Shown: in pieces, positions 44,362-58,165 of the stretch
How the letters are laid out: each line of letters opens with the position of its first letter
How positions within the stretch are numbered: the first letter of the stretch is position 1
Assembly: GCA_964016885.1 (NCBI GenBank)
Contig: OZ024743.1
Span: forward strand, 4,650,001-4,714,000
Reading direction: 5' to 3'
Length of the DNA: 64,000 bases
Origin: Eledone cirrhosa
Lineage: Eukaryota
The notes under the pieces: model-generated
What the model saw: only the letters and a program-made list of their open reading frames with translations
Database searches by the model: none
What the model was told of the DNA's origin: nothing
Translations under genes and position numbers: made by a program

Positions 44362-45929
44362 TGTATACACATATATACATTATAGAGGGATGAGCTTCGC
44401 CAGATTTAAAAGGTTACAACGGTGACGCTACGACTCTAAAAGGTGTTAAATGTTCAGCATTTGTCGATAGGGTTACAACACTATAAAAGATTGAAGTTCA
44501 ATACATTACTGCTTTATATATATATAAATAGATATTATGCGAACATTCACAGTGATATTGTGCATAATAACATATTCATTTTTGAGGGTGTTCGCTTTTT
44601 AGCTTTTGAATAAAACGCAAGCGGACACACACAGATAACAAACATTTATACATATGATTAGCGACAAAAACACACGCAAGTTGGAACATGCGCAACGCTC
44701 TTTGCTTTGTAATGATTCTAAACGTTAGTAGTTTCTATACCGCTTTTATCAAACTAAATGTTTTACCTCCGAGAGCTAATCACAACTCGCGTGTTACTAA
44801 CTGTCTTACGCATCAGTATAAAAGTTACAGTTGAAAAGCAGCGGAAATTGTTGCTGTTGAACATCAAAATATTGAGGATATACTGAATTATATACTGAAT
44901 TCCATGGATTGAATTAGCATTTATATAATGAATTGGAAATCATTTATTTTAATTAACAATGAATATTTATAGTTTTAGTCTGGATGAGCACTGTCCGTCT
45001 TACCTACCCTGATGACACGCCTACATTCAACCAGATGAAATGTATACAAATTCAAGTATATACATAAATTCACGTACATACATAAAACCATACAGAAAAA
45101 CAGACAGGTAAAAAGACAGCCATATATACATATATATACATATATATATACATAGATACACACATGCATAGAAACAAGCATACATACATATATGTGTGTA
45201 TATATTTGTCTTTCACTCTCTCTCCCTCCCTCTCTCTCTCTCTCTTCTCACTCGCTTTCGCCCCTCTCCCCCTCATCCCTCTCTGCGTATGTCTGCGTGT
45301 GTGTGAAAAATGATTGTAAGTATGTATGCACGTTTGTATAGCGGTGTATTGGCAAACTTTTTAGGGCCTCTGATGTCGAGAAATATCTTGGTGTTTGTTC
45401 CGAGTCACTGCGCTTTGAGTTCGAATCCCACCATGATCATCTTTACCTTTCGACCTACCGAGGCACCAATCCAGTACAATGGCGAAATTATTCTTCTACC
45501 TCCCTTTATCACTTTCTCTTTCTTTCTCTGCCTCTGGGTGAAATTGGTTGAAATGTGACTGGAGAGGGATGGGATCCGCCAAGATTAAAATGCTCATGAC
45601 ATGCCGTATGTCAAGGCAGCGCCTCTACGACTCCACCAAGATTTAAGGATATTTTATTTATAATTTTATGCTCACATGTATGCACGCAATGCTTTCTTAC
45701 ATATGCATGAATGCATCTATGTATACATGTATGTAAATACGACCGTTAATTGCCTTAACCCGTACACAAAACATTTTAAAAAAAGGAAACACATTCATAA
45801 CTCCCGCTAAACCGCTAAACTAACTCTCAACCTTTATTCGCGATTTCATAAACCGGCATAGACGGCACCAGCAACCAAATAGGGAAGACAGACATTATCA
45901 TGCTTGTATGCATGCATGTATGTATGTTA

Positions 45930-46198
45930 TCTCTTTCTCTTAATTTCGAGTATATGTTTTTGACCGGCCACCTTCCTGGTGGCAAGGTTGTAAAAGAAAA
46001 GAAATTGTCATCCCTTGAATCGCAAGAATGTTTTGCAAATGTTGAAGGTGCCAGCTATCGCAGCCATTTGTAGACTATGAATTAGGGAGCTGCGCTCTTT
46101 GTCCACAAATCCAAGTTCAGTCATACTTTGGTCCAAGCGGGTTGGTATATAACCCGTAGCTCCAATAATGATGGGTATGAAGCTAAAGGTGTATCTTG
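45930..46198 (-). mobile_element. 3' end of an RLE-type non-LTR element (R4/NeSL-like)
   Basis: FIPIIIGATGYIP...LQMAAIAGTFNICKTFL, the conserved C-terminus after the restriction-like endonuclease; flanked by (TATG)n. Confidence 0.65.
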
Positions 46199-46224
46199 TG
46201 TATGTATGTATGTATGTATGTATT

Positions 46225-47152
46225 ATGTCATCACATGGTACCATGGGCCCAGCACTATGTGTCAGTAATTGTCACAAGTGTAGTGTTTGTACCAAAGTTT
46301 TCAAGTCGCTGGCTGGACTAAAAAGTCACACTCGTTCAGCGCATCGGTAGGGGTTCTACTACATGGATATAAAGTAGTGGCCGTACTCGAAAACGAGTTG
46401 GCAGCCACCATGTATGTATGTATGTATGTATGTATGTATGTATGTATGTATGTATGTATGTATGTATGTATGTCAGGTATGTATGTATGTATGTATGTAT
46501 GTATGTATGTATGTATGTATGTATGTATGTATGTATGTATATATATCAGGTCACCAGTTGGTGCTACTGGTAACATGTATCCCAGTACAACCTGTCTCAT
46601 GGTCGGGTCGTTGGCGACTAAACTGGCAACCCCACCAAGGTTTCTTAGTGAGGAGGGTGGCTTTGGACATCCTGCAGGACTAAAAACAAAACCTGTCAAA
46701 AGGCAAAGGGGCTCTTAAGAGTCAATAGCCATCCAAAATCACCGGGTAGATGACCCCTTAGCCTTTGTCAAGGCAGAATTCTAGGAGAAGGAAAACTCTG
46801 ATATAACACCTGCAACCCTGATGGTATCCAATGATGTTGAATTGTTCTTCTTTTTGGTAAATATCATCTTGGTTAAGAGAGTGGGACTGGCTTTGTGCAG
46901 TGCCTTTGCTCACTATAAAAGCTTCACAGCACAGGCATTGCTTTATATCTGGAGATCTCTCTGCACTTGTCGTCACATGGTACCATGGGCCCAGCACTAT
47001 GTGTCAATAATTGTCACAGGTGTAGTGTTTGTGCCAGAGTTTTCAAGTCGCTGGCTGGACTGAAAAGTCACACTCGTTCAGCGCATCGGTAGGGGTTCTC
47101 CTACATGGATATAAAGTAGTGGCCGTACTCAAAGACGAGTTGGCAGCCACCA
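46225..47152 (+). mobile_element. Two tandem RTE/BovB-derived non-autonomous pieces (46225-46410 and about 46547-47152), each ending in (ATGT)n
   Basis: About 185-bp duplicated 3' end encoding CSVCTKVFKSLAGLKSHTRSAH (C2H2 finger typical of BovB-like C-termini), followed by (ATGT)n tails. Confidence 0.65.
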
Positions 47153-48120
47153 TGTATGTATGTATGTATGTATGTATGTATATGTGTGTGTATGTACGTA
47201 TGTATATGTATAAGTATGCATGTATGTATGTACGTATGTATGTATGTGTATGTATGTATCTATGTATGTATGTGTGTGTGTGTGTGTGTACGTATGTATA
47301 TGTGTAAGTATGCATGTATGTATGTGTGTATGTATGTGTGTACGTATGTATGTATGTATGTATGTATGTATGTATGTATGTATGTATGTATGTATGTGTG
47401 TATGTATGTGTGCACGTATGTATGTATGTGTGCACGTATGTATGTATGTATGTATGTATGTATGTATGTATGTATGTATGTATGTATGTATGTATGTATG
47501 TATGTATATATATATATATGTATGTATAAACCAAGGAAAAACAAATGTAAACGGTTATTACTGTTATTGTTGAAGTAAGTAGAAAGTGTCATCAACAACA
47601 TCCTCACTATTATATTGTCGTTATTGTTGTTGTTGTTATTATTGGTGGATTGCCAGTATCGGTAGAGGGTCGGACGCCATGCTTTACAGCAAAGAGTTGC
47701 GGCCCTTTATGGTCTGAGTTCAAATCCCACCGAGGTTAACTTTGCCTTTCATCCTTACGGGGTCGATAAAATAAAGTACCAGTAATGTACTGGGTAATTG
47801 CTGGTCTTGTGCCTAAAGTAGAAACAATTACTTATTTGTAGTAGTAGTCGTAGCAGCAGCGGTGGTGGTGGTGTTGGCGGTGATGATAGTGGTGGTATTG
47901 GTGGTGGTGGTGGTGGTGTTGCTGATAGTGGTGGTATTGGTGGTGGTGGTGGTGGTGGTGATGATAGTGGTGGTATTGGTGGTGGTGGTGGTGGTGGTGG
48001 TGGTGGCGGTGATGATAGTGGTGGTATTGGTGGTGGTGGTGGTGGCGCTGATGATGATGTTTTTGTATCATGTTTATAAATTAATTCTTGTCGCAATTTT
48101 GAAAAAATATTCCACATGCT

Positions 48121-48207
<87 letters not shown>

Positions 48208-48292
48208 ACTCTCAAGAGCGTTTAAACTAATAAACCTTTGTTCGTACTGCCTCTCTGTTTTGTTCCCGTTCCATTTTTCACTATATCTATAT

Positions 48293-48353
<61 letters not shown>

Positions 48354-49009
48354 GGGGGAAGAGAGGGAGGGAGAGGGGGGAGACAGAACGAGAGAGATAA
48401 AGAAGGAAGAAAGAGAGAAAAAAGAGCGAGAGAGAATATATATATTTTCAAATCATACAAACATTTAAAACGGAAGTGATTCACATTTTACCGGAAACCA
48501 ACACGCGTCCTCATTGTCTACTAGATTCAGCATCCCACGAACCCACACACCTGTGTGTCTCACTTCGTCCTTCCCGACCCCCAAACTTAGGCTATTTTCT
48601 CATTTTCATTTATATATTTTTTTAACATTTCGCACGCGACAGCACGTGTAAGGAGGTCGGCTTCCAGGATCTAGCATTCATTGCATTTAACACACTACCA
48701 AGAGGGTTTGGATGCCCGCCGGAAATTAAAATAAAAATATGGGACTGAACACAACCTACAGGTTTATTTTACAGCGTTAGGGGATTTTTTTTTTTTTTGT
48801 CCAATTTATTTATTTTTTTCACTCTTTCTTCAAAATCACTAATGTCTGCATGCAAATTACCATTCAGCGTTTAATAGACTTTGCTAAAGGCCTCTATATA
48901 AGCAGTTTACATTGCCATCTATCTACAGAATGTGACAGAGGTTATTGTTCAGAGTAATATATATATATATATACATACATATATATATATACATTTATAT
49001 ATACATATT

Positions 49010-49052
<43 letters not shown>

Positions 49053-49059
49053 AATGTAT

Positions 49060-49114
<55 letters not shown>

Positions 49115-49475
49115 TTATTGTTACAGATGGGGATTTACATCTGACTAGTTTATAGTCATCTATATTTATTTACATTTTTATTTTTGGACTATAAACGAGT
49201 TATTGGCTATAAGATGTATCCTTAATCACATGCCGTATTTCCTCTAATGGTGTCATCAGAGAGACCATTAGTGGCCAATAGCCGGTGGACGTTTGCCAAA
49301 CTTCCCGTTAAGAATGACAATAATTAATACTAAACATAATAGGTTTCTATCTAATGAAAGATCTCTGTTGTTTATACAAGGATTATTGATATTCACGTCT
49401 GATTTATATGACTTGGTCAACATTTAATACTTTCAACTTTTATTTCTTTTTATTTCATTCTCCTATGTTTATCTC

Positions 49476-49536
<61 letters not shown>

Positions 49537-49539
49537 CTC

Positions 49540-49572
<33 letters not shown>

Positions 49573-50148
49573 AGCTTTCTTTCTTTCTTTCTCTCGCTCT
49601 CTCTCTATTTCATTTTCTCTATCGCCACCACTTTTCGATATTTCAATACAGAAACATACTCCACTACATTTTTAATAAAAGAGTTTTTCTCTCTCAGTTC
49701 GTTTAGCTCTCTATCACCATTGCATAAGTGGTTACTACTTGAGATTGCATTACACTTTTGTTTTTCTTTACAAGTGGTTCATAAATGCAACAGAAGCTAT
49801 GAAGATGCTATTGTAGGACCATTAAACGATAAACAGTTGCGGGATGGGGGTTAATGGAAAGGAAAGATATATGTTGCTCCCTTTCTCCATCTCTTGAGCC
49901 CACAACACCTGATGGAGTAGTACGGATGTACACCAGCTATTTATATCTGCCACTGCTACGGGTCAGAGTTCAAACTTCACCCAGTGATTTCCCTGTCTAT
50001 CCCTTTTTTTGTTTTCCCGTTCACCTTTTTCCCTGTCGGTCTCTTCGCATCCCTTCAACTGTTCCTTAAATAATAATCACTCCCAAACCACTGTATTTTG
50101 ATATATCTCCATACCATCTCAGCTTTATTTTCTTTACCATTTGCTCCT

Positions 50149-51886
50149 ATGTGATGTGGTCCAAGTATGTGATGTGGTCCGAATATGTCATGTGGTCAAA
50201 GTATGTGATCAGGTCCAAGTATGTAATATGGTCCAAGTATGTAATATGGTCCAAGTATGTGATGTGGTCCAAGTATGTAATATGGTCCAAGTATGTGATG
50301 TGGTCCAAGTATGTGATGTGGTCCAAGTATGTGATCTGGTCCAAGTATGTAATATGGTCCAAGTATGTAATATGGTCCAAGTATGTGATGTGGTCCAAGT
50401 ATGTGATCTGGTCCAAGTATGTAATATGGTCCAAGTATGTGATGTGGTCCAAGTATGTGATCTGGTCCAAGTATGTAATATGGTCCAAGTATGTAATATG
50501 GTCCAAGTATGTGATGTGGTCCAAGTATGTGATCTGGTCCAAGTATGCAATATGGTCCAAGTATGTGATGTGGTCCAAGTATGTGATCTGGTCCAAGTAT
50601 GTAATATGGTCCAAGTATGTAATATGGTCCAAGTATGTAATATGGTCCAAGTATGTGATCTGGTCCAAGTATGTAATATGGTCCAAGTATGTGATGTGGT
50701 CCAAGTATGTGATGTGGTCCAAGTATGTAATATGGTCCAAGTATGTGATGTGGTCCAAGTATGTGATCTGGTCCAAGTATGTAATATGGTCCAAGTATGT
50801 GATGTGGTCCAAGTATGTGATCTGGTCCAAGTATGTAATATGGTCCAAGTATGTAATATGGTCCAAGTATGTGATGTGGTCCAAGTATGTGATCTGGTCC
50901 AAGTATGTAATATGGTCCAAGTATGTGATGTGGTCCAAGTATGTGATCTGGTCCAAGTATGTAATATGGTCCAAGTATGTGATGTGGTCCAAGTATGTGA
51001 TGTGGTCCAAGTATGTGATCTGGTCCAAGTATGTAATATGGTCCAAGTATGTGATGTGGTCCAAGTATGTGATCTGGTCCAATTATGTGATGTGGTCCAA
51101 GTATGTGATCTGGTCCAAGTATGTAATATGGTCCAATTATGTGATGTGGTCTAAGTATGTGATATGGTCCAAGTATGTAATATGGTCCAAGTATGTAATA
51201 TGGTCCAATTATGTGATGTGGTCCAAGTATGTAATATGGTCCAAGTATGTAATATGGTCCAATTAGGTGATCTGGTCCAAGTATGTGATATGGTCCAAGT
51301 ATGTAATATGGTCCAATTATGTGATCTGGTCCAAGTATGTGATATGGTCCAAGTATGTAATATGGTCCAATTAGGTGATCTGGTCCAAGTATGTAATATG
51401 GTCCAATTATGTGATGTGGTCCAAGTATGTGATATGGTCCAAGTATGTAATATGGTCCAATTAGGTGATCTGGTCCAAGTATGTAATATGGTCCAATTAT
51501 GTGATGTGGTCCAAGTATGTGATATGGTCCAAGTATGTAATATGGTCCAATTAGGTGATCTGGTCCAAGTATGTAATATGGTCCAATTATGTGATGTGGT
51601 CCAAGTATGTGATATGGTCCAAGTATGTAATATGGTCCAATTAGGTGATCTGGTCCAAGTATGTAATATGGTCCAATTATGTGATCTGGTCCAAGTATGT
51701 GATATGGTCCAAGTATGTAATATGGTCCAATTAGGTGATCTGGTCCAAGTATGTAATATGGTCCAATTATGTGATGTGGTCCAAGTATGTGATATGGTCC
51801 AAGTATGTAATATGGTCCAAGTATGTGATCTGGTCCAATATGTGATGTGGTCCAAGTATGTGATGTGGTCCAAGTATGTGATGTGG
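50149..51886. repeat. 18-bp minisatellite, about 96 copies, with higher-order structure
   Basis: Unit TGGTCCAA(G/T)TA(T/G)GT(G/A)AT(G/C/A). Confidence 0.97.
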
Positions 51887-52272
51887 AAGATGTGCTATCA
51901 TCTCATTTTTAGTGACGGGAGCTTACTGTACATTTCTGCTGTAACGATCCATATCTGCCAGCTGTACAAGAAGATAAATACTACTCAGCCACGTGTCTTT
52001 ATGCGGTAGTACATTTAAAACGGTAGAAAGTTATTTAAAGAGAAATTGGCTGCAAATTTTCGAGTCGATGACTACATAGAGTGACGTCCGTAGTAATGGT
52101 TGTGATAGTTGCAGTGAGCGCCGTGGAATTAGTGGTGGCTTTGGTACTTCTATTTGTGGTAATAGTTGTTGAAATAGTTATAGTTGGGTTTGTGTTGTCG
52201 GGGGGGGGGCTTGTGGTGTTGATGGTGGTTGTAGTGTTGGCAGTGATTATTGTGCTGATGATGTTTGTGGTG

Positions 52273-52732
52273 TTACATAACCAGAGAAATAGTGGTTGTT
52301 ATATTACATAACCAGAGAAATAGTGGTCGTTATATTACATAACCAGAGAAATAGTGGTCGTTATATTACATAACCAGAGAAATAGTGGTTGTTATATTAC
52401 ATAACCAGAGAAATAGTGGTTGTTATATTACATAACCAGAGAAATAGTGGTTGTTATATTACATAACCAGAGAAATAGTGGTCGTTATATTACATAACCA
52501 GAGAAATAGTGGTTGTTATATTACATAACCAGAGAAATAGTGGTTGTTATATTACATAAGATGATAGAGAGTGGTTGTTACATTACATAAGATGATAGAG
52601 AGTGGTTGTTACATTACATAAGATGATAGAGAGTGGTTGTTATATTACATAAGATGATAGAGAGTGGTTGTTACATTACATAAGATGATAGAGAGTGGTT
52701 GTTACATTACATAAGATGATAGAGAGTGGCTG
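52273..52732. repeat. 31-bp minisatellite, about 15 copies, two variant blocks
   Basis: TTACATAACCAGAGAAATAGTGGTTGTTATA switching to TTACATAAGATGATAGAGAGTGGTTGTTACA at about 52551. Confidence 0.95.
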
Positions 52733-54335
52733 TTTTCTATTGTAAGCATGAACCCGTATAAACAGATTTTCCTAATTCTTTCGGCTATTATGGGATGTAA
52801 AGCGAAGTTTGTGTTTGTGTAATAATTGAAAGGAGGTTACGATTGTGTGTGCATTCAGTTGTTGTCGTTTTTAATGGTTCAGTCGAAGTAGGAAAGACAG
52901 CTGGGAATAGAGAGGGGAAACGTTTATCCTCTGACAGGAGACTTAGCAGGAATGCTGGCTACAACGTGGACAAATGTCACCCAAAGGACAAGTGATAGTG
53001 TTAAAATGTGGGACGGATTAAGTCGATCACTGAAGAACGAGAACTGTCCCCACAGTTACGTTCTAACAAACTTCTTCACACGTCTTAGGCCGATCTGAGG
53101 CTGCGGTAGAAGTCTATTTTTCAAGGTGTTGCACATTGGGATCAAACTCGAAATTAGGAAGTGAATTTCTTCTTTAGGCTGGGTACATGGGGAGATTCGA
53201 ACTCAGCATTAGAATCTAACGGAACTCTCTTTAATTGCTATTTATAGCATCTTCGATATATCGCCATGTAAAATATTTACATATTGGTAGACTGAGTTGT
53301 TGTTTTAAGTGGTGCAGCTATGCTGGTGAGATACTTAAATCTGTTGTCGCTTCATCTCTAATACAAAAGAATTATATCTAACTGATGACGCAAGTTCTAC
53401 TCATCAAATATAATGAAACAAGTTTAATAATCAGTTAAACCCTGTGATCTCAATAGGATGAGAATTAGTTGCCCAAGGTCGTTCCAACCTTTATATGTTA
53501 GTGCTTTGTTCTCATCGAACCTTATAACTCACAGCTAATTAGAAATTAATGGATTATTAATTAATTAATTAAGTAATAAATCACAATTAGCAATTTGTCA
53601 CAACTTCAATGTTTTCGCGTGCGCATATGTATGCGCAATTGGTTCTTCCTTTTTGAAACAATGAATCAAGAATTTTGAATTTAAGACATCAGAAACTAAT
53701 TCAGTAATATGAAATCAGAAATATTTCCAGTTCACTGAGCTCTCCTATACACCAATCACTCTACGCTACACCAACGACTATTCTATTGTTTCAGAGAAAC
53801 AGGATTATACTCATTGTGTAATGCATCATTTCATTGTTTCCCCGTCACCATCACCACCACCACCACAACCATCATTTTATTCTGATTATGTTTGTCACAT
53901 AGGGTTTAACTGGTTGAATGAATAAAATATTGAACTAACAACTTATGGATTTTGAGTTCATATCTGCTTCTGACATTTCGTTATTTCTGGAAGGAAGAAA
54001 TTAATAAAGCAGATCGTTTTATGTATTTCTTTTTACCTCGCATTAAGAGATATATAGAAATATTACATGGTGGATGCTTTATGGGGTAATTCATGTCTCG
54101 TTTACTTAGTAGTATAGTATTGGAACTGATCAGATCTATAATGTGTTATTTCAACCTTGTTTATTATTTTAGCCATTTCATCCTGCTCCATGTTACAGAT
54201 TAGTTGTAAAAACTGGAAATGCTAAATGTAAAAAAACCCAAAAAACTAACACTCTGGTACATATATATTTATAACAAGAGACAGTTGGGTGATGGAAACT
54301 ATCTACATAATCTCAGTTAACAACTACTGAATACA

Positions 54336-54384
<49 letters not shown>

Positions 54385-54959
54385 AAAGAATAGAGGTGTA
54401 ACACACGAGTTGTAAAAGGAAAAGAAAATGCTGACAAATTGTTCCCAGTGAAAAATAGTTTAATTAGGAATAAGTAAAAATTAGTAATAAGTATTGGTTA
54501 GTATTCAGTTTTAGTTTTAAGTTTTTACCGGTTGCGCATTTCTTATGCTTTTCAAAAATAATTTTGAGATAGAGCGCCCGTGATGTTTGCTCTAATCTGA
54601 TTAGTTTTGGAAATTCTACCTATTTTATGTGAAAAAAGTGGCTCCAGAGGTATTAAAATAAGTTTCGCGCCAATTCGTGTTGCAAAAATTCTTGGAGTCA
54701 AAACAATTTTGATTGGTCGGTAGAGGTCACGTGAATGTTAAAAATTGATTTTGCGCCAAATGTAGGTTTGTCGAAGAGTGTCCTTTTTCGCCTAATTGAG
54801 AAGTCACTGAAAAATAAGTATTTTAAAACAAATATATGTGTGTGTGTGTGTGTGTGTGTGTAGTAAAGAGGTTCATTGTTGTGATAATGGTCAGTAGGGA
54901 TGTGTGTGTGAATTGCAGTCATGTTGAAAGGTCAACAGTTCAGGTGCCTATTAAGACAA

Positions 54960-55072
<113 letters not shown>

Positions 55073-55753
55073 GCAGAGTAATTCGTGATAGAGGGATCGG
55101 TCAGTAGGAATGTGTCTGTACGTGTGTGGGGGATATTTTAACATGTTGAAAGATATATTTCAGCTCTTGTCTTATACGGAGAAGTGTGTGTGTGTGTGTA
55201 TATGTCTCTTTGTATGTTAGTGTACGCGTGTGTATGTGTGTATGTATATATATGTGTGTGTGTGTATGTGTGTGTGTGTGTGTGTGTATGTGTCGGGGGG
55301 GGGGGTGAACCAGTATTTTTGTGATACTGGTAAAAATGGTGTACATTATTCGATATTTTCAGTAAAAACGATTCTCTCAATAGAACATCAAAAACCTTAA
55401 TAATAAAAGCTGTGAAATGATGTATAGTATTGTCATAACACCAAGGTGTGTGTGAGTGTCCAGATTGTATGTACTGCAAAGGGAATCCATTGGGCCCTGC
55501 CGATTGGAATACTTGTGTACAAATATGTATGTGCCCATCAGTGTGCAATGCATGTGTGCGTATATGTATGTGTGTGTGTCGGCACGTTTATATCTATAGA
55601 CATCAAAAGGTATGCAAATGTGTGTATATTTGTGTTGCACCATAGAACATGTGTGTTTACGTATGTCATTGTGTTTATATGTGGATAGACATGTATGTAG
55701 GATGTATGCTGATGTAGGTATGTATGTTGACGTGTGTATGTTGTGGGTTCGTC

Positions 55754-56711
55754 TTAGGGAGAAGTGTTTAGACGGGGTCCGTATTTGTTAATAAAGTGAG
55801 ATTCCTTGCTGATGCGCTGGGTGTGGGTGGCATTATCTTTAAATTTGTAGAGGGGATAGATTCTAAAGTTGGGATGATTTTGGGTGGCACAGATATCAAT
55901 GTGTTCACTCAGTGGTATTTTCTTGTATTCCCGTATTTTAATTTGGGATCTAGGGACAGTCATGCGTTGGCGGAGGCTGTTTTTGGTCTGGCCTATGTAT
56001 TGTTCTCTACAACCTGAGCAAGTTAATACATATATTAGATTTTCTGATGCGCATGTGAAATTGTGTTTTACTATAAAACGTTGTCCTTCTTTGAAATAGA
56101 ATTCCGAACCCTCTATTAAGTTGATGCATATGCCACAGTTGGGTCTATCGCATTTTTTACTGTGGGTTTCGTTGTTGTGGTTGGCAGTACTTTGGCATGT
56201 GGTTGGCAGTACTTTGGATGTTTTTCATTGACTTAGATTGTCTTTTGCTCTTTATGATATCGTGTGTTCCAAGGATTTGGTTCATTCTATGGTCCTTTTT
56301 TAACACAGGGATGTTCTGGAGGATGGTGTCAAAGGCCTCATTGTTGAGGGGGCTGTGTGTGGAGATGTATGGAAGAGCTTTTAGGGTGTCTTGGGTACTG
56401 AGTTTTAGGGCACGTTGGATTCCATTGTCAATTAGTGATGCAGGGTAGTCCCTGCCTATGAGTGTGTCCTTTAGTTCTTGTAGCCGTAAGTAACAGGTGT
56501 TTTTATTGGAGACTATAGTACAGATTCTCTTGGCTAAGTTGTAGGGAATATTAATTTTAACGTGTCTAGGGTGGCAAGAGTTGAAAGGAAGATATTGCTT
56601 GGAGTCTGTGGGCTTGTAGTATATGTCTGTTTCAATTTTTTGTTATGAATCTTAATGAGAATGTCGAGGAAGGGGAGTTGTTGATGGCTGTATTCCATCG
56701 TAATATTCGCG
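55754..56711 (-). pseudogene. Penelope RT thumb, Cys-rich linker and GIY-YIG endonuclease remnant
   Basis: LPFLDILI, YYKPTDSKQYLPFNSCHPRH, IPYNLAKRI, CDRPNCGIC, TCASENLIYVLTCSGCREQYIGQTKNSLRQRM; frameshifted. Confidence 0.85.
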
Positions 56712-56896
56712 TACAATCTGGACACTCACACACACCTTGGTGTTATGACAATACTATATATCATTTCACACTTTCTATTATTAATGTTTTTTATGTTCTC
56801 TTGAGAGAACCGTTTTTGCTGAAAATATCGAATAATGTACACCATTTTTACCAGTATCACAAAAATACTGGTCCACCCCACACACACACACACATA

Positions 56897-56940
<44 letters not shown>

Positions 56941-57111
56941 CACACACATACACACGCGTACACTAACATACAAAGAGACATATACACACACACACACACA
57001 CTTCTCCGTATAAGACAAGAGCTGAAATATATCTTTCAACATGTTAAAATATCCCCCACACACGTACAGACACATTCCTACTCACCGATCCCTCTACCAC
57101 GAATTACTCTG

Positions 57112-57183
<72 letters not shown>

Positions 57184-57577
57184 TTGTCTTAATAGGCACC
57201 TGAACTGTTGACCTTTCAACATGACTGCAATTCACACACACATCCCTACTGACCATTATCACAACAATGAACCTCTTTACTACACACACACACACACACA
57301 TACACATATTTGTCTTAAAAGACTTATTTTTCAGTGACTTCTCAATCAGGCGAAAAAGGACACTCTTCGACAACCCTACATTTGGCGCAAAATCAATTTT
57401 TAACATTCACATGACCTCTACTGACCAATCAAAATTGTTTTGACCCCAAGAATTTTTGCAACACGAATTGGCGCGAAACTTATTTTAATACCTCTGGAGC
57501 CACTTTTTTCACATAAAACAGGTAGAATTTCCAAAACTAATCAGATTAAAGCAAACATCACGGGCGCTCTATCTCAA

Positions 57578-57622
57578 AATTATTTTTGAAAAGCATAAGA
57601 AATGCGCAACCGGTAAAAACTT
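57578..57622 (+). ncRNA. Candidate core-variant minimal hammerhead (also 54519-54563 minus and 16815-16860 plus)
   Basis: TTT-TTGAAAA-GCAT(loop)ATGC-GCAA-CCGG-TA-AAA has hammerhead topology with U3/A8 and C13 substitutions; stem I is weak. Confidence 0.45.
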
Positions 57623-57992
57623 AAAACTAAAACTGAATACTAACCAATACTTATTATTAATTTTTACTTATTCCTAATTAAACTATTTTTCACTGGGAAC
57701 AATTTGTCAGCATTTTCTTTTCCTTTTACTAATATATATATATATATATCGACAATCGATGGACTTTTGTCAAATCGGACCGGGGAAACAATGTTTCCAT
57801 TGGTCTTTCCAATTGCTAATACTGTCTATCGGTCGCAACTCCGGATAGAAGGAGCAACGTGAAATAAAGTGTCTTGCTCAAAGACATAACACAACCCCGG
57901 TCTGGGAATCGAACTCACAACCTCACGATTGCGAATCCAATTCTCTAACTCAGCCACGCGCTTTCACAAATGTATATATACCTATATATATA

Positions 57993-58165
57993 CAGGTAAA
58001 ATTCCTTTGATAACGATTACCATTATAAGAAATTTTTCAGTATAACGAATTTTTTTCAATCCCTGGCCATATGCTCAATGTGTTAGGTCGATCTCGTTAT
58101 AAAGAATTTTTCGTTACAACGAATTGTTTTTATACCCCGTGAATTTCGTTATAACGGAAATACTG
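57993..58165. mobile_element. pogo/Tigger-like MITE
   Basis: TA-flanked CAGGTAAAATTCC...GGAAATACTG ends with internal TATAACGAA/TTCGTTATA subrepeats. Confidence 0.6.

Noticed and set aside
47755-48177. Poly-Pro / poly-His ORFs resembling formin or His-rich proteins
   Set aside because: A (GGT)n-based compound repeat with no splice or domain support.
50149-52732. Regular repeats as a CRISPR array
   Set aside because: Units are contiguous with no unique spacers, there are no cas genes, and the context is eukaryotic.
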